Source: an uncultured bacterium (lineage in GTDB: Bacteria > Actinomycetota > Coriobacteriia > Coriobacteriales > Coriobacteriaceae). Taken from it: a DNA stretch of 64,000 nucleotides. Below, piece after piece: positions 10,198 to 18,359 of this stretch. The notes beneath the pieces were generated by a model. That model saw only the letters and a list, made by a program, of their open reading frames with translations. It searched no databases and was not told where the DNA came from. Where the stretch lies: NCBI GenBank assembly GCA_905215755.1, contig CAJMRE010000003.1:7424-71423 (forward strand), read 5' to 3'. A program made the position numbers and the translations under genes. Numbering within the stretch: position 1 is the stretch's first letter; each line of letters begins with the position of its first letter.

Positions 10198-12294
10198 ATG
10201 GCAGACGCTAAGGATTTCCTGTTTGAAATCGGTACGGAGGAAATGCCCTCCGCACCGCTGAACAATGCCGTCAAGCAGCTTGGCACCATGATCGCCAAGG
10301 GTCTCGACGAGGCCGGTCTGGCCCATGACGAGGTCCGCGTGATCTCGAGCCCGCGTCGCCTGGCTGCGCTCGTGGCCAACGTCGCCACCGCGACCGATGA
10401 GGTCCATGAGGTCAAGCGCGGCCCTGCGGCAAACATTGCCTTTGATGCCGACGGCAATGCCACCAAGGCCGCCCAGGGGTTTGCCCGCAAGTGCGGTGTG
10501 GCTGCCGAGGACCTGGTCCGTCGCGAGGACACCGACGGTCGCGAGTATGTGTTCGCCGAGAAGAACATTCCCTCCGCACCGGCTACGCCGATCCTGACGG
10601 CCCTGTGCGAGAAGACTATCGCTGGCCTGCAGTGGCCCAACTATCGCAGCCAGCGTTGGGGCCACGAGCACGCTACGTTTGTTCGTCCGGTCCGTTGGAT
10701 CTGCTGCCTTCTGGGCGAAGACGTCGTGCCCGTGTCGTTTGCCGATGTGACGAGTGGCAACACCACGCGTGGTCATCGCGTACTTGGCCCCGGTGACCAT
10801 GTGGTCGCCAGCCCCGCCGTCTACGAGCAGGTGCTCGAGGACGCCGGTGTGCTTTCTGCCGAGCGTCGTCGTAAGGCCATCCTTGCCGGTATCGCCGAGG
10901 TCGAGGCTGCTCGCCCCGGTTGCCATGTCGACACGCCCAAGAAGGTTTTTGAGGAGGTCATCAACCTCTGCGAGTGGCCGACGGTGCTCGTCGGTACCTT
11001 CGATGAGGAGTTCCTCAAGGTCCCGCATGAGATCATCTGCGAGTCCATGCTCACCAACCAGCGCTACTTCCCGATCTATGATGGCGAGGGCAAGCTTACG
11101 CGTGAGTTCGTGGTCGTCTCCAACAGCAAGCCCGAGAACGCCGAGCGCGTGATCGACGGCAACGAGCGCGTCGTGCGCGCCCGTCTGGACGACGCCAAGT
11201 TCTTCTACGAGGAGGACCTGAAGATCTCCCTCGACGAGTTCCGCGAGCGTCTGGCCAAGGTCGCCTTCCAGGAGAAGCTCGGTAGCGTGCTCGCCAAGTC
11301 CGAGCGCATTGAGCAGCTCGCGCTCGCCATCGCTCGCGAGGCCCATCTGGGCGCCCACCTTGCCGCCGATGCCGCTCGCGCCGCTCACCTGTGCAAGGCC
11401 GACCTGGTATCCAACGCCGTCGTCGAGTTCACGAGCCAGCAGGGCGTGATGGGCGGTTACTACGCTATCGCGATGGGGGAGAACGACGAGGTCGCCCACG
11501 CCATCCGCGATCACTATCGTCCCCGCTTTGCAGGCGATGAGCTGCCCGAGGGCACCGCTGGCTGCATCGTGGCCTGTGCCGACAAGCTCGATACCATCGC
11601 CGGTATCTTTGCCATCGGCGAGCCTCCGACCGGCTCTTCGGACCCGTACGCGCTGCGTCGCGCCGCTATCGGCATTATCAACATCCTGCGCGATCGTCTG
11701 CCGATCGACCCCACGTCGCTGATCGACTTTGCCCTTGAGCTCTATAGCGAGCAAGGCATTGAGTTCGACTCCGCCGAGGTCGCCCAACAGGTCCGTGACT
11801 TCTTCCATGGCCGCCTGGTGAGCATGGCCCGCGACGAGAAGATTCCTGCCGATACCGTCGCCGCCGTCTCTGCGGTGCACATCATCGCCCCGTCGGTCTT
11901 CTTCGCCCGCTGCGCCGCCCTCGACGAAGCCCGCAAGAACGATGCCGAGACCTTCGACAACCTGGCTACCGCCTATGCCCGCGCCGCGCACATCTCCAAG
12001 CCCGAACTGGGTGCGGAGTACGACCGCAGCCTGATGGGCGAGGTCGAGCTCGCGCTCGCCGACGCCTCCGAGGCTGCTCAGATCGCCGTCGATGCTGCAC
12101 TCGCCGCCGAGGATTACCCGGCCGCATTTGCCGCCCTTGCAGCTCTGCGCGCCCCCATCGACCACTTCTTCGACGAGGTTATGGTCATGGACAAGGACGA
12201 GCAGCTCCGCGATAATCGCCTTAAGCTACTCAACCGCTTCGAGGCCGTTTTCTCCGGCATCGCAAACATCGGTGAGCTTGCTCGCAAAAAGTAA
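10198..12294 (+). CDS. glyS: Glycine--tRNA ligase beta subunit
   Basis: DFLFEIGTEEMPS N-terminus, about 700 aa, immediately after glyQ. Confidence 0.93.
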   Translation: MADAKDFLFEIGTEEMPSAPLNNAVKQLGTMIAKGLDEAGLAHDEVRVISSPRRLAALVANVATATDEVHEVKRGPAANIAFDADGNATKAAQGFARKCGVAAEDLVRREDTDGREYVFAEKNIPSAPATPILTALCEKTIAGLQWPNYRSQRWGHEHATFVRPVRWICCLLGEDVVPVSFADVTSGNTTRGHRVLGPGDHVVASPAVYEQVLEDAGVLSAERRRKAILAGIAEVEAARPGCHVDTPKKVFEEVINLCEWPTVLVGTFDEEFLKVPHEIICESMLTNQRYFPIYDGEGKLTREFVVVSNSKPENAERVIDGNERVVRARLDDAKFFYEEDLKISLDEFRERLAKVAFQEKLGSVLAKSERIEQLALAIAREAHLGAHLAADAARAAHLCKADLVSNAVVEFTSQQGVMGGYYAIAMGENDEVAHAIRDHYRPRFAGDELPEGTAGCIVACADKLDTIAGIFAIGEPPTGSSDPYALRRAAIGIINILRDRLPIDPTSLIDFALELYSEQGIEFDSAEVAQQVRDFFHGRLVSMARDEKIPADTVAAVSAVHIIAPSVFFARCAALDEARKNDAETFDNLATAYARAAHISKPELGAEYDRSLMGEVELALADASEAAQIAVDAALAAEDYPAAFAALAALRAPIDHFFDEVMVMDKDEQLRDNRLKLLNRFEAVFSGIANIGELARKK

Positions 12295-12328
12295 GCTAGC
12301 CTGCGCATAAGCGCAAAAGGAGCCCCGC

Positions 12329-13204
12329 ATGGATTGCCCGGTCACCGCTCGTCCCACCGTTATCGTTATCTCCGACTCGCTCGGTGATACCGCTTGTGAG
12401 GTGGTGCTTGCGGCGTCCGGGCAATTTGATGAAGGGGCTTTTCGTCTCTTGCGCCTGCCCAAGGTGAACTCGGTGGAGCAGGTCAAGTCGTTTGTGGGTC
12501 CGCGCGTCGATGCGGACCATCGTGATATTGCCGTGTTCCACACCATTGTCGATCCGGCGCTTCGCGCCCGCGTACTCGATTACCTGGGCATGCTTCATAT
12601 CCGTTCGGTCGACCTGATCGGTCCGACACTTGCCGTGCTGTCATCGCTCATCGGTGTGCCGCCCAAGGGCGTCGCGGGCGTGATTCACAGGACCGATGAC
12701 CGCTATTTCCATCGCATCGAGGCCATGGAGTATTTCGTTGAGCACGATGATGGGCGCGGGTGCGATGATCTGTCGGGTGCCGATATCGTGCTGTTGGGCG
12801 TGTCACGCACGTCCAAAACGCCGCTGTCGATGTATTTGGCCTATCAAGGTTATAAGGTTGCCAATGTTCCTTTGGCCCATGGCATGGAGCCGCCGAAGTC
12901 AATTTACGAGGTCGACCCGATGCGGTTGTTTGGCCTGATTTCGACCGTCGACGTTATTTCTGAGATTCGCGATAGCCGCTTGGGCGATGACTACGCCCGT
13001 GCCGTCGCCGGCTCCTATGCCGAGCCCGAGAGCGTGCGCAGCGAGCTCGAGGAAGCCCGTGCCCTCATGAAGCGCCTGGGCTGCTTTGTGGTGCGTACCG
13101 ACGGTAAGGCGATCGAGGAGAGCGCCTCCGAGATCATCGGTCACTTGGGGGAAGTCCAAGAAGCTCGTGCCCGTCGCGCCGCCCGCCGAGCCCAGCAAAG
13201 CTAA
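12329..13204 (+). CDS. Pyruvate,phosphate dikinase regulatory protein (bifunctional kinase/pyrophosphorylase, DUF299)
   Basis: P-loop-like LLGVSRTSKTPLSMYLA. VIVISDSLGDTA N-terminus. Adjacent to ppdK. Confidence 0.85.
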   Translation: MDCPVTARPTVIVISDSLGDTACEVVLAASGQFDEGAFRLLRLPKVNSVEQVKSFVGPRVDADHRDIAVFHTIVDPALRARVLDYLGMLHIRSVDLIGPTLAVLSSLIGVPPKGVAGVIHRTDDRYFHRIEAMEYFVEHDDGRGCDDLSGADIVLLGVSRTSKTPLSMYLAYQGYKVANVPLAHGMEPPKSIYEVDPMRLFGLISTVDVISEIRDSRLGDDYARAVAGSYAEPESVRSELEEARALMKRLGCFVVRTDGKAIEESASEIIGHLGEVQEARARRAARRAQQS

Positions 13205-13341
13205 CTCATTGGGGTAGCTAAAAATGCACCGTCTTTTAAAGACTACCAAAAATAATGCACGATATTGGTAAAGCGATTTAGCAAAGAACTTGCATTTGAC
13301 CTGCAATTCTCTTGCAGTGATATCTTCATAAGGTAACCACC

Positions 13342-13379
13342 TTTACCTACCGTTTACCGTAACATTTATCACGTTTACC
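13342..13379 (+). repeat. Phased direct repeats TTTACC / TTTACC / TTTATC / TTTACC in the ppdK upstream region
   Basis: Copies at 13342, 13353, 13365 and 13374 (spacings 11, 12 and 9). GTTTACC recurs at 13519 inside ppdK. Confidence 0.5.
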
Positions 13380-13399
13380 AAACCCCGCGCCCTCTACGC

Positions 13400-13426
13400 A
13401 TGCCCGCTCAATGCCCGCCGTATAGT
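13400..13426 (+). promoter_or_regulatory. Candidate ppdK promoter region: direct repeat ATGCCCGC-N3-ATGCCCGC abutting a TATAGT -10
   Basis: ATGCCCGC at 13400-13407 and 13411-13418 (11-bp period). TATAGT at 13421-13426. No good -35. Confidence 0.4.
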
Positions 13427-13501
13427 ACCCTCACGGCTCGCAACCGGCGGGTCGATTCGTCACCACGGTCGTGTGCGTAAGTGCATGGAAGGGGAAGTAT
13501 C

Positions 13502-16252
13502 GTGAGCGATTGCAAGAGGGTTTACCGTTTTGGTACCGACGCCCAGGGCACCTGTGTCACTGAGGGCGACAAGTCCATGAACTTTGTGCTTGGCGGCAAG
13601 GGCGCGAACCTTGCCGAGATGAGCCGTATCGGCCTGCCGGTTCCTGGCGGCTTTACCATTACCTGCCAGACCTGCGTCGAGTACTCCGGTGCCGGCAACG
13701 TCTGGCCCGAAGGCGCACTCGATGAGATCGTTGCCGCCGAGGCTGACCTCGAGGCCCGCTGCGGCAAGAAGCTCGGTGACGCCAACGACCCGCTGCTTGT
13801 ATCAGTGCGCTCGGGCGCTCCGTTCTCCATGCCCGGTATGATGGACACGGTCCTCAACTTGGGCCTCAACGACGACTCCGTTCAGGGTCTCATCGCCCAG
13901 ACGCAAAATCCGCGTTTTGCCTGGGATAGCTACCGACGCTTTATCCAGATGTTCTCCAACGTCGTTATGGGTGTCGATGCCGACCTGTTCGAGAACGCTC
14001 TGACCCAGGCACGCCTGGTCGCCGGCGTTCGCGTCGATTCCGAGCTTTCGGCCGAGGACCTGCAGGAGCTCGTCGAGACCTTTAAGGGCATCTTCTCCGA
14101 GAACGTCGAGGCCGCCCTGTATCCCGAGCTCGAGGTCGCCGACGGCAAGCCCGTCTTTCCGCATGACCCGGAGCTCCAGCTGCGTCTTGCTATCCAAGCC
14201 GTCTTTGGCAGCTGGATGAACGAGCGCGCCTGCATCTACCGCAAGCAGCATGGCATTTCCGACGAACTCGGCACCGCCGTCAACGTTCAGGCCATGGCCT
14301 TTGGCAACAAGGGCGAGACCTCTGCGACCGGCGTTGCCTTCACGCGCAATCCGGCCGACGGCACCAAGGAGTTCTACGGCGACTTCTTGGTTAACGCCCA
14401 GGGCGAGGACGTCGTCGCCGGCATCCGCAACACCGAGCCCATTGCCGACCTCAAGGCCACCCCGGGCCTCGAGTCCGCTGGTGAAGAGCTCGAGCGCGTG
14501 TTCCTGACGCTCGAGGACCATTACCGCGATATGTGCGATATCGAGTTCACCATCGAGCAGGGCAAGCTCTGGATGCTCCAGACCCGCGTGGGCAAGCGCA
14601 CTGCCACCGCCGCCCTGCGCATTGCCATCGAAATGGTCGAGGAGGGCCTGATCACCCGCGAGGAGGCCGTCAGCCGCATCGACCCTGCACAGCTCGACCA
14701 GCTCCTGCATCCGCAGTTCGATGCCTCCAAAAAGTACGAGGCCCTGGCCAGCGGTCTGAACGCCAGCCCTGGTGCTGCCGTGGGCGAGGTCGTGTTCTCG
14801 AGTGACGATGCCGTCGCGCGTTCCGCCGAGGGCCACAAGGTCATTCTGGTTCGCTGGGAGACCAACCCCGACGACCTGAAGGGCATGGTCGCCGCCGAGG
14901 GTATCCTGACCAGCCACGGTGGCAAGACGAGCCATGCCGCCGTTATCGCTCGCGGTATGGGTACGCCCTGTGTCTGCGGTGTCGAGCGCTTTCACATTGA
15001 CGCGGCTGAGAAGGTCGTGCGCATCGAAGGCAGCGATCGCGTGCTGTGCGAGGGCGATGTCATCTCCATCGACGGCACCCAGGGTATCGTCGTCGACGGC
15101 GCCGTTGATCTGGTTTCGGCCGAGCTCACCGGCGATCTGGACACCATCCTGTCTTGGGCCGACGAGATTCGTCTGGACGAGACCTGTGGTCACGCCAACC
15201 ATGTGCGCGTCAACGCCGACAACCCCGAGGATGCCGCGCTCGCCCTCGAGTTTGGCGCCGAGGCTATCGGCCTGTGCCGCACCGAGCACATGTTCCTGGG
15301 CGACCGTAAGAACATCATCCAGAGCTTTATCCTGTCTGACGATGAGGCCGTGAAGCAGCAGGCCCTGGCCGACCTCCTCAAGGTTCAGACCGAGGACTTC
15401 CTGGCGATGTTCAAGACCATGTCCGGTCGCGATGTGGTCGTTCGTCTGCTCGATCCGCCGCTTCATGAGTTTCTGGATAATCCTCGCGAGCTCGAGGTCG
15501 CCATCACCAAGAAGGAGGCCGCTGGCGCCAGTGAGGAAGAGCTTGCCGCCCTGCGTGCCCGCCTGCGTCGCATCGACGGCATGGTCGAGTCCAACCCGAT
15601 GCTCGGCCTGCGCGGCGTGCGCCTGTCCGTCGTCTTTAGCGATCTGCCGCTCATGCAGGTTCGCGCCGTGGCCACGGCTGCTGCCCGCCTTATCAAGGAG
15701 GGCTTCGACCCGCGTCCCGAGATCATGGTTCCGCTCGTTTCCATCACGGCCGAGCATGTCCAGACTCGCGAGGTCATCGAGCGCGTGATAGCCGAGGTTT
15801 CTGCCGAGGAGGGCGTCGAGCTCAAGATTCCCGTGGGCGCGATGCTCGAGCTGCCGCGCGCCTGCATGGTCGCTGACGAGATCGCCCATCACGCAGATTT
15901 CTTCTGCTTTGGCACCAACGACCTCACCCAGACGACCTTCGGCTTCTCCCGCGACGATGCCGAGGCCAAGTTCATTCCGCTGTATATGCACAAGAAGATC
16001 TTGAAGGACAACCCCTTCGAGACCATCGACTCTGCAGTACTTGAGCTGGTGAGCATGGCTGTCGAGAAGGGTCGCGCCACCAACCCCGACATGCACTTTG
16101 GCGTATGCGGCGAGCACGGCGGCGACCCCAAGTCCATCAAGGCCCTGTTTAACGTGGCCGATGTGGACTACGTTTCCTGCTCGCCCTATCGCGTGCCCCT
16201 CGCGCGCCTGGCTGCCGCTCAGGCCAAACTCGAGGCGAAGCGCTCCGCCTAA
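13502..16252 (+). CDS. ppdK: Pyruvate, phosphate dikinase
   Basis: LGGKGANLAEM, TSHGGKTSHAAVIARGMG (phosphohistidine), GLCRTEHMF and CGEHGGDP. GTG 13502 follows GGAAGGGGAAG. The ORF track starts at 13481. Confidence 0.93.
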   Translation: MSDCKRVYRFGTDAQGTCVTEGDKSMNFVLGGKGANLAEMSRIGLPVPGGFTITCQTCVEYSGAGNVWPEGALDEIVAAEADLEARCGKKLGDANDPLLVSVRSGAPFSMPGMMDTVLNLGLNDDSVQGLIAQTQNPRFAWDSYRRFIQMFSNVVMGVDADLFENALTQARLVAGVRVDSELSAEDLQELVETFKGIFSENVEAALYPELEVADGKPVFPHDPELQLRLAIQAVFGSWMNERACIYRKQHGISDELGTAVNVQAMAFGNKGETSATGVAFTRNPADGTKEFYGDFLVNAQGEDVVAGIRNTEPIADLKATPGLESAGEELERVFLTLEDHYRDMCDIEFTIEQGKLWMLQTRVGKRTATAALRIAIEMVEEGLITREEAVSRIDPAQLDQLLHPQFDASKKYEALASGLNASPGAAVGEVVFSSDDAVARSAEGHKVILVRWETNPDDLKGMVAAEGILTSHGGKTSHAAVIARGMGTPCVCGVERFHIDAAEKVVRIEGSDRVLCEGDVISIDGTQGIVVDGAVDLVSAELTGDLDTILSWADEIRLDETCGHANHVRVNADNPEDAALALEFGAEAIGLCRTEHMFLGDRKNIIQSFILSDDEAVKQQALADLLKVQTEDFLAMFKTMSGRDVVVRLLDPPLHEFLDNPRELEVAITKKEAAGASEEELAALRARLRRIDGMVESNPMLGLRGVRLSVVFSDLPLMQVRAVATAAARLIKEGFDPRPEIMVPLVSITAEHVQTREVIERVIAEVSAEEGVELKIPVGAMLELPRACMVADEIAHHADFFCFGTNDLTQTTFGFSRDDAEAKFIPLYMHKKILKDNPFETIDSAVLELVSMAVEKGRATNPDMHFGVCGEHGGDPKSIKALFNVADVDYVSCSPYRVPLARLAAAQAKLEAKRSA

Positions 16253-16290
16253 CGTTTTGGGTTTAGACGCCTAGCGTAGCCCCCTTCATG

Positions 16291-16318
16291 CCGCCCGTCT
16301 CATTCGCGAGACGGGCGG
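16291..16318 (+). terminator. Terminator hairpin after ppdK
   Basis: ccgcccgtctc [attcgc] gagacgggcgg is a perfect 11-bp stem. A T-rich tract follows a few nt downstream. Confidence 0.65.
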
Positions 16319-16364
16319 TTATCATGTGCGGGTTTTGTCTTTTTGTCTGCGTAAAAAATTGTTC

Positions 16365-16392
16365 TTGCAGCAGAAACCCGCGCGTGTATACT
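16365..16392 (+). promoter_or_regulatory. Candidate rplS promoter: TTGCAG, 16 nt spacer, TATACT
   Basis: Read directly: ttgcagcagaaacccgcgcgtgtatact. Confidence 0.5.
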
Positions 16393-16461
16393 CGAATACG
16401 TTTGTTCAACTACGTGCCGGCCAAGGTGGTACGGCACCTCTAGAAGAGTAAGGAATTGCAC

Positions 16462-16803
16462 ATGGATTACATCCGCGCAATCGAGCGTCAGCAGATCCGC
16501 GAGGACATCCCTCAGGTTCGCGTCGCCGACAACGTCAAGGTTCACTACCGCATTAAGGAAGGCGACCGCGAGCGCATCCAGGTCTTCCAGGGCGACGTCA
16601 TCCGCATGGCCGGCGCCGGTGCCCGTGAGACCTTCACCGTCCGCAAGATGTCCTTCGGTGTCGGTGTTGAGCGTACCTTCCCGCTTCACAGCCCCAAGAT
16701 CGCCAAGCTCGAGGTCGTTCGTCATGGTCGCGTCCGTCGCGCCAAGCTGTACTACCTCCGCGACAAGGTGGGCAAGGCTGCTCGCATCCCCGAGAAGCGA
16801 TAA
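16462..16803 (+). CDS. rplS: 50S ribosomal protein L19
   Basis: [14 protein letters not shown]...[18 protein letters not shown] is typical L19. AAGGA 6 nt upstream. Confidence 0.93.
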   Translation: MDYIRAIERQQIREDIPQVRVADNVKVHYRIKEGDRERIQVFQGDVIRMAGAGARETFTVRKMSFGVGVERTFPLHSPKIAKLEVVRHGRVRRAKLYYLRDKVGKAARIPEKR

Positions 16804-16837
16804 GAAGATCGCAGCGTCTGTCCACTCGTTTGGACAC

Positions 16838-16867
16838 AAGGGTCACCTTCGGGTGGCCCTTCTTTTT
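16838..16867 (+). terminator. Rho-independent terminator after rplS
   Basis: aagggtcacc ttcg ggtggccctt (10 bp with one G-U pair), followed by ctttttat. Confidence 0.75.
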
Positions 16868-16896
16868 ATCTGATTTGCATGCAAGGAGGGCCTGGT

Positions 16897-17685
16897 ATGG
16901 CCAACATGACGAGCTCGGTTTCGGCATCGCAGGTTGCCGGCGAGCTGGCGAGCGCCACGTTCGAGGAGATTCCCGCCCTCGTGGAGCATTATCGCGAGGA
17001 TCCGCGCCAGCAGGTGATTAAGGCTTGCGAACGCGCGCTTAAGCGCCATGCCAAGGAACTTTCCGAGCGCGAGCGCGTCAACGACATGTATGAGCTTATG
17101 CATGAGCTCGGCGGTGATGGCGTGGTCGTGGGCGTCGACGAGGTGGGCCGTGGCTCGGTAGCGGGGCCCTTGACCGTGTGTGCCGTGTGTCTTCCGATGG
17201 AGCCGCGCATCTGGGGCATCAACGATTCCAAAAAGCTCACGCCGGCGCGCCGCGAGCTGCTCTCGGTGAAGATTGCCGAGGTGGCGACGGCGATCGGCTT
17301 TTGCCATATCGCTCCCGCGGATATCGATGAGATGGGCATGGCCCGCGCCATTCGAGCTGCTGTCGCGGGCGCGGTGGCGGATACGGGGCTTGAGCCCGAT
17401 TGCGTGCTTATGGACGGCAACCCCCTGGGCGCCGTTCCCAACGAGCGCGACGTGGTCAAGGGCGACGCCAAGATCGCCTGTATCGCCGCGGCGTCCATCA
17501 TGGCTAAGGTCACCCGTGACGAGATGATGGTTGAGTACGATGCCGAGTATCCTGAGTACCATTTGGCTGAATCGAAAGGCTATGCGAGTCCCGAGCACAT
17601 CGAGGCCATTCGCAAACATGGTCTTTCTCCGCTGCATCGTGTGAGCTTTTGCGGAAACTTTCTGCAGACTGAGCGCCTTTTTTAG
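16897..17685 (+). CDS. rnhB: Ribonuclease HII
   Basis: GVDEVGRGSVAGPL, INDSKKL and AASIMAKVTRD. CAAGGAGGG RBS before ATG 16897. Confidence 0.88.
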   Translation: MANMTSSVSASQVAGELASATFEEIPALVEHYREDPRQQVIKACERALKRHAKELSERERVNDMYELMHELGGDGVVVGVDEVGRGSVAGPLTVCAVCLPMEPRIWGINDSKKLTPARRELLSVKIAEVATAIGFCHIAPADIDEMGMARAIRAAVAGAVADTGLEPDCVLMDGNPLGAVPNERDVVKGDAKIACIAAASIMAKVTRDEMMVEYDAEYPEYHLAESKGYASPEHIEAIRKHGLSPLHRVSFCGNFLQTERLF

Positions 17686-17732
17686 GCCAATTGTGGAGAC
17701 AGGGACCTGAAGGGTTCTATAAACCTGCTGGT

Positions 17733-17770
17733 AGGGGCCGCGTGCAACGCTATTGTTGCGTGCGGCCCCT
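17733..17770 (+). terminator. Terminator hairpin after rnhB
   Basis: aggggccgcgtgcaac gctatt gttgcgtgcggcccct (16 bp with two G-U pairs), followed by a T-rich region. Confidence 0.7.
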
Positions 17771-17802
17771 CATTTGTCGACATTTGGTTTGCTTTTGGTT
17801 TG
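17771..17802 (+). promoter_or_regulatory. Conserved upstream block, copy A: CATTTGTCGACATTT plus a tandem 11-nt repeat (TTTGGTTTGCT twice)
   Basis: The 20-mer tttggtttgcttttggtttg (17783-17802) matches 46122-46141 at 18/20. The 15-mer catttgtcgacattt (17771-17785) matches 46076-46090 at 12/15. Confidence 0.55.
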
Positions 17803-17873
17803 CTTCCAGTACTTACCCGCATGAAACCCGCCCTCATTATCGAGGCAATGCAGAGAGCGGGAAAGGAGACCCC

Positions 17874-18359
17874 ATGTGTGCCGCAGGCAAACTGAGTAAG
17901 ACGCAGCAGCTCAAGGAGCGTTGGGAAGAGGGGGAGCTCGATTGCGGGTCGATCACGCCCGAGTTTATTAAGGGACTCAGTCCTCGCGAGCTCGGCATGC
18001 TGGGCGAGCTTATCGCAATCGATTACTTTAACGAGCGCGGCTATGCATTGCTGGAACAAGGCTATCGATGCTCGGAGGGCGAGGCCGACCTGGTGCTGCT
18101 CGACGAGCTCGATGATGTGGTGGTGATGGCCGAGGTCAAGACCAGGCGTGTTGCGCTGGATTGTGACACGCGGGTGTTTCCCGAGGAGGCGGTGAATGCC
18201 CAAAAGCAGCGGCGCTACCGTCGCATCGCGAGCTGCTACCTCATGGAGCATTATCCGCTCAAGGCGATTCGATTCGATGCCGTGGGCGTCACCATTCGCG
18301 GCGGGCATATCGCCGAGATCGAGCACCAGTACAACGCGTTCGATTGGCAGGTGTCGTGA
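17874..18359 (+). CDS. yraN: YraN-family (UPF0102) endonuclease-like protein
   Basis: GEADLVLLD...VVVMAEVKTRR is the YraN/PD-(D/E)xK-like core. GAAAGGAG RBS before ATG 17874. Conserved rnhB-yraN-comM-dprA order. Confidence 0.75.
   Translation: MCAAGKLSKTQQLKERWEEGELDCGSITPEFIKGLSPRELGMLGELIAIDYFNERGYALLEQGYRCSEGEADLVLLDELDDVVVMAEVKTRRVALDCDTRVFPEEAVNAQKQRRYRRIASCYLMEHYPLKAIRFDAVGVTIRGGHIAEIEHQYNAFDWQVS

Noticed and set aside
13214-13223. The 10-mer GTAGCTAAAA, shared by the post-PDRP spacer and the post-proS spacer (33494-33503).
   Set aside because: There is no extended similarity on either side. A single 10-mer match is only weakly improbable in 2 x 64 kb.
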